Origin: Auanema rhodensis
Taxonomy: Eukaryota > Animalia > Nematoda
Length of the DNA: 64,000 nucleotides
Direction of reading: 5' to 3'
NCBI GenBank assembly: GCA_964057225.1
Contig: OZ059894.1
Span: 18,910,001-18,974,000, forward strand
Shown here one piece after another: positions 55,080 through 64,000 of this stretch (the stretch's first letter is position 1; each line of letters starts with the position of its first letter). The notes under the pieces are model-generated. The model ran no database searches. It had not been told where the DNA came from and saw only the letters and a program-made list of their open reading frames with translations. The translations under genes and the position numbers were made by a program.

Positions 55080-56138
55080 TATAAGTGTGAACATATATAT
55101 CAGTTGATATCTCGGTGCATTTTTAAGCTAGCGCAAATCTGATAACACAGATCGACGCAGCTTAAAAATCCGCATCGAATGCACTATACTACATTGAGAA
55201 ACGCTTAATACAAAAATTAGTTATGATCGTTTGAAAAATGATCCATTAGTGTATGTTGAGTTTCCATGTACACTCAACATTGCTTCCAAAAACATTTTGA
55301 CAAAAATTTTTTCGAAAAATTTCGAAATAATTTAGCAAAAAGTAGATGTTTTTAGATTCCTTTTTTCAAGGCAAAGACGATGGACAATGTTATTCAACGA
55401 AAAAATTAATTCTTCAGGGTGAAAATCGAGGATATAAGTGTGAACATATATATCAGTTGATATCTCGGTGCATTTTTAAGCTAGCGCAAATCTGATAACA
55501 CAGATCGACGCAGCTTAAAAATCCGCATCGAATGCACTATACTACATTGAGAAACGCTTAATACAAAAATTAGTTATGATCGTTTGAAAAATGATCCATT
55601 AGTGTATGTTGAGTTTCCATGTACACTCAACATTGCTTCCAAAAACATTTTGACAAAAATTTTTTCGAAAAATTTCGAAATAATTTAGCAAAAAGTAGAT
55701 GTTTTTAGATTCCTTTTTTCAAGGCAAAGACGATGGACAATGTTATTCAACGAAAAAATTAATTCTTCAGGGTGAAAATCGAGGATATAAGTGTGAACAT
55801 ATATATCAGTTGATATCTCGGTGCATTTTTAAGCTAGCGCAAATCTGATAACACAGATCGACGCAGCTTAAAAATCCGCATCGAATGCACTATACTACAA
55901 TGAGAAACGCTTAATACAAAAATTATTTATGATCGTTTGAAAAATGATGCATTAGTGTATGTTGAGTTTCCATGTACACTCAACATTGCTTCCAAAAACA
56001 TTTTGACAAAAATTTTTTCGAAAAATTTCAAAATAATTTAGCAAAAAGTAGATGTTTTTAGATTCCTTTTTTCAAGGCAAAGACGATGGACAATGTTATT
56101 CAACGAAAAAATTAATTCTTCAGGGTGAAAATCGAGGA
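55080..56138 (+). repeat. Three 353-bp monomers (AACTTATATC to AACATATATATC); two more at 62804-63509
   Basis: Register shifts by +2 per copy; starts at 55080, 55433, 55786, 62804, 63157. Confidence 0.92.
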
Positions 56139-59100
56139 TATAAGTGTGAACTTATATCAGTTGATATCTCGGTGCATTTTTAAGCTAGCGCAAATCTGAT
56201 AACACAGATCGACGCAGCTTAAAAATCCGCATCGAATGCACTATACTACATTGAGAAACGCTTAATACAAAAATTAGTTATGATCGTTTGAAAAATGATC
56301 CATTAGTGTATGTTGAGTTTCCATGTACACTCAACATTGCTTCCAAAAACATTTTGACAAAAATTTTTTCGAAAAATTTCAAAATAATTTAGCAAAAAGT
56401 AGATGTTTTTAGATTCCTTTTTTCAAGGCAAAGACGATGGACAATGTTATTCAACGAAAAAATTAATTCTTCAGGGTGAAAATCGAGGATATAAGTGTGA
56501 ACTTATATCAGTTGATATCTCGGTGCATTTTTAAGCTAGCGCAAATCTGATAACACAGATCGACGCAGCTTAAAAATCCGCATCGAATGCACTATACTAC
56601 ATTGAGAAACGCTTAATACAAAAATTAGTTATGATCGTTTGAAAAATGATGCATTAGTGTATGTTGAGTTTCCATGTACACTCAACATTGCTTCCAAAAA
56701 CATTTTGACAAAAATTTTTTCGAAAAATTTCAAAATAATTTAGCAAAAAGTAGATGTTTTTAGATTCCATTTTTCAAGGCAAAGACGATGGACAATGTTA
56801 TTCAACGAAAAAATTAATTCTTCAGGGTAAAATCGAGGATATAAGTGTGAACTTATATCAGTTGATATCTCGGTGCATTTTTAAGCTAGCGCAAATCTGA
56901 TAACACAGATCGACGCAGCTTAAAAATCCGCATCGAATGCACTATACTACATTGAGAAACGCTTAATACAAAAATTAGTTATGATCGTTTGAAAAATGAT
57001 CCATTAGTGTATGTTGAGTTTCCATGTACACTCAACATTGCTTCCAAAAACATTTTGACAAAAATTTTTTCGAAAAATTTCGAAATAATTTAGCAAAAAG
57101 TAGATGTTTTTAGATTCCTTTTTTCAAGGCAAAGACGATGGACAATGTTATTCAACGAAAAAATTAATTCTTCAGGGTGAAAATCGAGGATATAAGTGTG
57201 AACTTATATCAGTTGATATCTCGGTGCATTTTTAAGCTAGCGCAAATCTGATAACACAGATCGACGCAGCTTAAAAATCCGCATCGAATGCACTATACTA
57301 CATTGAGAAACGCTTAATACAAAAATTAGTTATGATCGTTTGAAAAATGATCCATTAGTGTATGTTGAGTTTCCATGTACACTCAACATTGCTTCCAAAA
57401 ACATTTTGACAAAAATTTTTTCGAAAAATTTCAAAATAATTTAGCAAAAAGTAGATGTTTTTAGATTCCTTTTTTCAAGGCAAAGACGATGGACAATGTT
57501 ATTCAACGAAAAAATTAATTCTTCAGGGTGAAAATCGAGGATATAAGTGTGAACTTATATCAGTTGATATCTCGGTGCATTTTTAAGCTAGCGCAAATCT
57601 GATAACACAGATCGACGCAGCTTAAAAATCCGCATCGAATGCACTATACTACATTGAGAAACGCTTAATACAAAAATTAGTTATGATCGTTTGAAAAATG
57701 ATGCATTAGTGTATGTTGAGTTTCCATGTACACTCAACATTGCTTCCAAAAACATTTTGACAAAAATTTTTTCGAAAAATTTCAAAATAATTTAGCAAAA
57801 AGTAGATGTTTTTAGATTCAATTTTTCAAGGCAAAGACGATGGACAATGTTATTCAACGAAAAAATTAATTCTTCAGGGTAAAATCGAGGATATAAGTGT
57901 GAACTTATATCAGTTGATATCTCGGTGCATTTTTAAGCTAGCGCAAATCTGATAACACAGATCGACGCAGCTTAAAAATCCGCATCGAATGCACTATACT
58001 ACATTGAGAAACGCTTAATACAAAAATTAGTTATGATCGTTTGAAAAATGATCCATTAGTGTATGTTGAGTTTCCATGTACACTCAACATTGCTTCCAAA
58101 AACATTTTGACAAAAATTTTTTCGAAAAATTTCAAAATAATTTAGCAAAAAATAAATGTTTTTAGATTCCTTTTTTCAAGGCAAAGACGATGGACAATGT
58201 TATTCAACGAAAAAATTGATTCTTCAGGGTGAAAATCGAGGATATAAATGTGAACTTATATCAGTTGATATCTGGGTGCATTTTTAAGCTAGCGCAAATC
58301 TGATAACACAGATCGACGCAGCTTAAAAATCCGCATCGAATGCACTATACTACATTGAGAAACGCTTGATACAGAAATTAGTTATGATCGTTTGAAAAAT
58401 GATCCATTAGTGTATGTTGAGTTTCCATGTACACTCAACATTGCTTCCAAAAACATTTTGACAAAAATTTTTTCGAAAAATTTCAAAATAATTTAGCAAA
58501 AAGTAAATGTTTTTAGATTTCTTTTTTCAAGGCAAAGACGATGGACAATGTTATTCAACGAAAAAATTGATTCTTCAGGGTGAAAATCGAGGATATAAGT
58601 GTGAACTTATATCAGTTGATATCTCGGTGCATTTTTAAGCTAGCGCAAATCTGATAACACAGATCGACGCAGCTTAAAAATCCGCATCGAATGCACTATA
58701 CTACATTGAGAAACGCTTAATACAAAAATTAGTTATGATCGTTTGAAAAATGATCCATTAGTGTATGTTGAGTTTCCATGTACACTCAACATTGCTTCCA
58801 AAAACATTTTGACAAAAATTTTTTCGAAAAATTTCAAAATAATTTAGCAAAAAGTAGATGTTTTTAGATTCCTTTTTTCAAGGCAAAGACGATGGACAAT
58901 GTTATTCAACGAAAAAATTAATTCTTCAGGGTGAAAATCGAGGATATAAGTGTGAACTTATATCAGTTGATATCTCGGTGCATTTTTAAGCTAGCGCAAA
59001 TCTGATAACACAGATCGACGCAGCTTAAAAATCCGCATCGAATGCACTATACTACATTGAGAAACGCTTAATACAAAAATTAGTTATGATCGTTTGAAAA

Positions 59101-61048
59101 ATGATGCATTAGTGTATGTTGAGTTTCCATGTACACTCAACATTGCTTCCAAAAACATTTTGACAAAAATTTTTTCGAAAAATTTCAAAATAATTTAGCA
59201 AAAAGTAGATGTTTTTAGATTCCATTTTTCAAGGCAAAGACGATGGACAATGTTATTCAACGAAAAAATTAATTCTTCAGGGTAAAATCGAGGATATAAG
59301 TGTGAACTTATATCAGTTGATATCTCGGTGCATTTTTAAGCTAGCGCAAATCTGATAACACAGATCGACGCAGCTTAAAAATCCGCATCGAATGCACTAT
59401 ACTACATTGAGAAACGCTTAATACAAAAATTAGTTATGATCGTTTGAAAAATGATCCATTAGTGTATGTTGAGTTTCCATGTACACTCAACATTGCTTCC
59501 AAAAACATTTTGACAAAAATTTTTTCGAAAAATTTCGAAATAATTTAGCAAAAAGTAGATGTTTTTAGATTCCTTTTTTCAAGGCAAAGACGATGGACAA
59601 TGTTATTCAACGAAAAAATTAATTCTTCAGGGTGAAAATCGAGGATATAAGTGTGAACTTATATCAGTTGATATCTCGGTGCATTTTTAAGCTAGCGCAA
59701 ATCTGATAACACAGATCGACGCAGCTTAAAAATCCGCATCGAATGCACTATACTACATTGAGAAACGCTTAATACAAAAATTAGTTATGATCGTTTGAAA
59801 AATGATCCATTAGTGTATGTTGAGTTTCCATGTACACTCAACATTGCTTCCAAAAACATTTTGACAAAAATTTTTTCGAAAAATTTCAAAATAATTTAGC
59901 AAAAAGTAGATGTTTTTAGATTCCTTTTTTCAAGGCAAAGACGATGGACAATGTTATTCAACGAAAAAATTAATTCTTCAGGGTGAAAATCGAGGATATA
60001 AGTGTGAACTTATATCAGTTGATATCTCGGTGCATTTTTAAGCTAGCGCAAATCTGATAACACAGATCGACGCAGCTTAAAAATCCGCATCGAATGCACT
60101 ATACTACATTGAGAAACGCTTAATACAAAAATTAGTTATGATCGTTTGAAAAATGATGCATTAGTGTATGTTGAGTTTCCATGTACACTCAACATTGCTT
60201 CCAAAAACATTTTGACAAAAATTTTTTCGAAAAATTTCAAAATAATTTAGCAAAAAGTAGATGTTTTTAGATTCCATTTTTCAAGGCAAAGACGATGGAC
60301 AATGTTATTCAACGAAAAAATTAATTCTTCAGGGTAAAATCGAGGATATAAGTGTGAACTTATATCAGTTGATATCTCGGTGCATTTTTAAGCTAGCGCA
60401 AATCTGATAACACAGATCGACGCAGCTTAAAAATCCGCATCGAATGCACTATACTACATTGAGAAACGCTTAATACAAAAATTAGTTATGATCGTTTGAA
60501 AAATGATCCATTAGTGTATGTTGAGTTTCCATGTACACTCAACATTGCTTCCAAAAACATTTTGACAAAAATTTTTTCGAAAAATTTCAAAATAATTTAG
60601 CAAAAAATAAATGTTTTTAGATTCCTTTTTTCAAGGCAAAGACGATGGACAATGTTATTCAACGAAAAAATTGATTCTTCAGGGTGAAAATCGAGGATAT
60701 AAATGTGAACTTATATCAGTTGATATCTGGGTGCATTTTTAAGCTAGCGCAAATCTGATAACACAGATCGACGCAGCTTAAAAATCCGCATCGAATGCAC
60801 TATACTACATTGAGAAACGCTTGATACAGAAATTAGTTATGATCGTTTGAAAAATGATCCATTAGTGTATGTTGAGTTTCCATGTACACTCAACATTGCT
60901 TCCAAAAACATTTTGACAAAAATTTTTTCGAAAAATTTCAAAATAATTTAGCAAAAAGTAAATGTTTTTAGATTTCTTTTTTCAAGGCAAAGACGATGGA
61001 CAATGTTATTCAACGAAAAAATTGATTCTTCAGGGTGAAAATCGAGGA
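56139..61048 (+). repeat. Tandem 7-mer (2455-bp) higher-order duplication
   Basis: 350-bp GGGTAAAATC monomers at 56490/57542 and 58945/59997; AATAAATG monomers at 57892/60347; TATAAATGTG+CTTGATACAG monomers at 58243/60698. All offsets are 2455 bp. Confidence 0.92.
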
Positions 61049-64000
61049 TATAAGTGTGAACTTATATCAGTTGATATCTGGGTGCATTTTTAAGCTAGCG
61101 CAAATCTGATAACACAGATCGACGCAGCTTAAAAATCCGCATCGAATGCACTATACTACATTGAGAAACGCTTAATACAAAAATTAGTTATGATCGTTTG
61201 AAAAATGATCCATTAGTGTATGTTGAGTTTCCATGTACACTCAACATTGCTTCCAAAAACATTTTGACAAAAATTTTTTCGAAAAATTTCAAAATAATTT
61301 AGCAAAAAGTAAATGTTTTTAGATTCCTTTTTTCAAGGCAAAGACGATGGACAATGTTATTCAACGAAAAAATTGATTCTTCAGGGTGAAAATCGAGGAT
61401 ATAAGTGTGAACTTATATCAGTTGATATCTGGGTGCATTTTTAAGCTAGCGCAAATCTGATAACACAGATCGACGCAGCTTAAAAATCCGCATCGAATGC
61501 ACTATACTACATTGAGAAACGCTTAATACAAAAATTAGTTATGATCGTTTGAAAAATGATGCATTAGTGTATGTTGAGTTTCCATGTACACTCAACATTG
61601 CTTCCAAAAACATTTTGACAAAAATTTTTTCGAAAAATTTCAAAATAATTTAGCAAAAAGTAGATGTTTTTAGATTCCTTTTTTCAAGGCAAAGACGATG
61701 GACAATGTTATTCAACGAAAAAATTAATTCTTCAGGGTGAAAATCGAGGATATAAGTGTGAACTTATATCAGTTGATATCTGGGTGCATTTTTAAGCTAG
61801 CGCAAATCTGATAACACAGATCTACGCAGCTTAAAAATCCGTATCGAATGCAATATACTACATTGAGAAACGCTTAATACAAAAATTAGTTATGATCGTT
61901 TGAAAAATGATGCATTAGTGTATGTTGAGTTTCCATGTACACTCAACATTGCTTCCAAAAACATTTTGACAAAAATTTTTTCGAAAAATTTCAAAATAAT
62001 TTAGCAAAAAGTAGATGTTTTTTGATTCCTTTTTTCAAGGCAAAGACGATGGACAATGTTATTCAACGAAAAAATTAATTCTTCAGGGTGAAAATCGAGG
62101 ATATAAGTGTGAACTTATATCAGTTGATATCTCGGTGCATTTTTAAGCTAGCGCAAATCTGATAACACAGATCGACGCAGCTTAAAAATCCGCATCGAAT
62201 GCACTATACTACATTGAGAAACGCTTAATACAAAAATTAGTTATGATCGTTTGAAAAATGATGCATTAGTGTATGTTGAGTTTCCATGTACACTCAACAT
62301 TGCTTCCAAAAACATTTTGACAAACATTTTTTCGAAAAATTTCAAAATAAATTAGCAAAAAGTAGAAGTTTTTAGATTCCTTTTTTCAAGGCAAAGACGA
62401 TGGACAATGTTATTCAACGAAAAAATTAATTCTTCAGGGTGAAAATCGAGGATATAAGTGTGAACTTATATCAGTTGATATCTCGGTGCATTTTTAAGCT
62501 AGCGCAAATCTGATAACACAGATCGACGCAGCTTAAAAATCCGCATCGAATGCACTATACTACATTGAGAAACGCTTAATACAAAAATTAGTTATGATCG
62601 TTTGAAAAATGATCCATTAGTGTATGTTGAGTTTCCATGTACACTCAACATTGCTTCCAAAAACATTTTGACAAAAATTTTTTCGAAAAATTTCGAAATA
62701 ATTTAGCAAAAAGTAGATGTTTTTAGATTCCTTTTTTCAAGGCAAAGACGATGGACAATGTTATTCAACGAAAAAATTAATTCTTCAGGGTGAAAATCGA
62801 GGATATAAGTGTGAACATATATATCAGTTGATATCTCGGTGCATTTTTAAGCTAGCGCAAATCTGATAACACAGATCGACGCAGCTTAAAAATCCGCATC
62901 GAATGCACTATACTACATTGAGAAACGCTTAATACAAAAATTAGTTATGATCGTTTGAAAAATGATCCATTAGTGTATGTTGAGTTTCCATGTACACTCA
63001 ACATTGCTTCCAAAAACATTTTGACAAAAATTTTTTCGAAAAATTTCGAAATAATTTAGCAAAAAGTAGATGTTTTTAGATTCCTTTTTTCAAGGCAAAG
63101 ACGATGGACAATGTTATTCAACGAAAAAATTAATTCTTCAGGGTGAAAATCGAGGATATAAGTGTGAACATATATATCAGTTGATATCTCGGTGCATTTT
63201 TAAGCTAGCGCAAATCTGATAACACAGATCGACGCAGCTTAAAAATCCGCATCGAATGCACTATACTACAATGAGAAACGCTTAATACAAAAATTATTTA
63301 TGATCGTTTGAAAAATGATGCATTAGTGTATGTTGAGTTTCCATGTACACTCAACATTGCTTCCAAAAACATTTTGACAAAAATTTTTTCGAAAAATTTC
63401 AAAATAATTTAGCAAAAAGTAGATGTTTTTAGATTCCTTTTTTCAAGGCAAAGACGATGGACAATGTTATTCAACGAAAAAATTAATTCTTCAGGGTGAA
63501 AATCGAGGATATAAGTGTGAACTTATATCAGTTGATATCTCGGTGCATTTTTAAGCTAGCGCAAATCTGATAACACAGATCGACGCAGCTTAAAAATCCG
63601 CATCGAATGCACTATACTACATTGAGAAACGCTTAATACAAAAATTAGTTATGATCGTTTGAAAAATGATCCATTAGTGTATGTTGAGTTTCCATGTACA
63701 CTCAACATTGCTTCCAAAAACATTTTGACAAAAATTTTTTCGAAAAATTTCAAAATAATTTAGCAAAAAGTAGATGTTTTTAGATTCCTTTTTTCAAGGC
63801 AAAGACGATGGACAATGTTATTCAACGAAAAAATTAATTCTTCAGGGTGAAAATCGAGGATATAAGTGTGAACTTATATCAGTTGATATCTCGGTGCATT
63901 TTTAAGCTAGCGCAAATCTGATAACACAGATCGACGCAGCTTAAAAATCCGCATCGAATGCACTATACTACATTGAGAAACGCTTAATACAAAAATTAGT

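Larger units (their letters stand above)
1..64000 (+). repeat. Tandem satellite DNA array, 351-bp AT-rich monomer, 181 full copies, head-to-tail, running off both window ends
   Basis: TATAAGTGTGAACTTATATC recurs at 1, 352, 703 and so on, in exact register at 7021, 14041, 21061, 28081 and 31591, and continues to 63861. No non-satellite sequence or inverted copy seen. Confidence 0.99.

Noticed and set aside
1-64000. CRISPR array suggested by palindromic repeats
   Set aside because: No unique spacers; the whole 351 bp is repeated; no cas genes or leader.
1-64000. Rolling-circle amplification or collapsed-assembly artefact
   Set aside because: Variants are recurrent, linked and regionally organised rather than random or absent. 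Individual block copy numbers still need read support.

Overview
The whole 64-kb window is one uninterrupted head-to-tail satellite DNA array. The monomer is 351 bp and about 69% A+T (hand count of copy 1). With monomers defined to start at TATAAGTGTG, I count 181 full-length copies (170 x 351 bp, 6 x 350 bp, 5 x 353 bp), five 65-bp truncated units and a final 140-bp partial copy; these sum to exactly 64000. All copies are on the same strand and differ at only a few sites each. I found no gene, RNA gene, CRISPR array or transposon insertion. The informative structure is: (i) a monomer packed with inverted repeats; (ii) a near-invariant 56-bp core around one hairpin; (iii) three sequence-variant domains; (iv) nested 3-mer, 7-mer and 8-mer higher-order duplications; (v) a microhomology-joined 65-bp unit propagated five times. 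This looks like eukaryotic (probably invertebrate) centromeric or heterochromatic satellite DNA, but I cannot identify the organism or family from sequence alone. All variant calls were made by eye. 'mN' means position N within the monomer.
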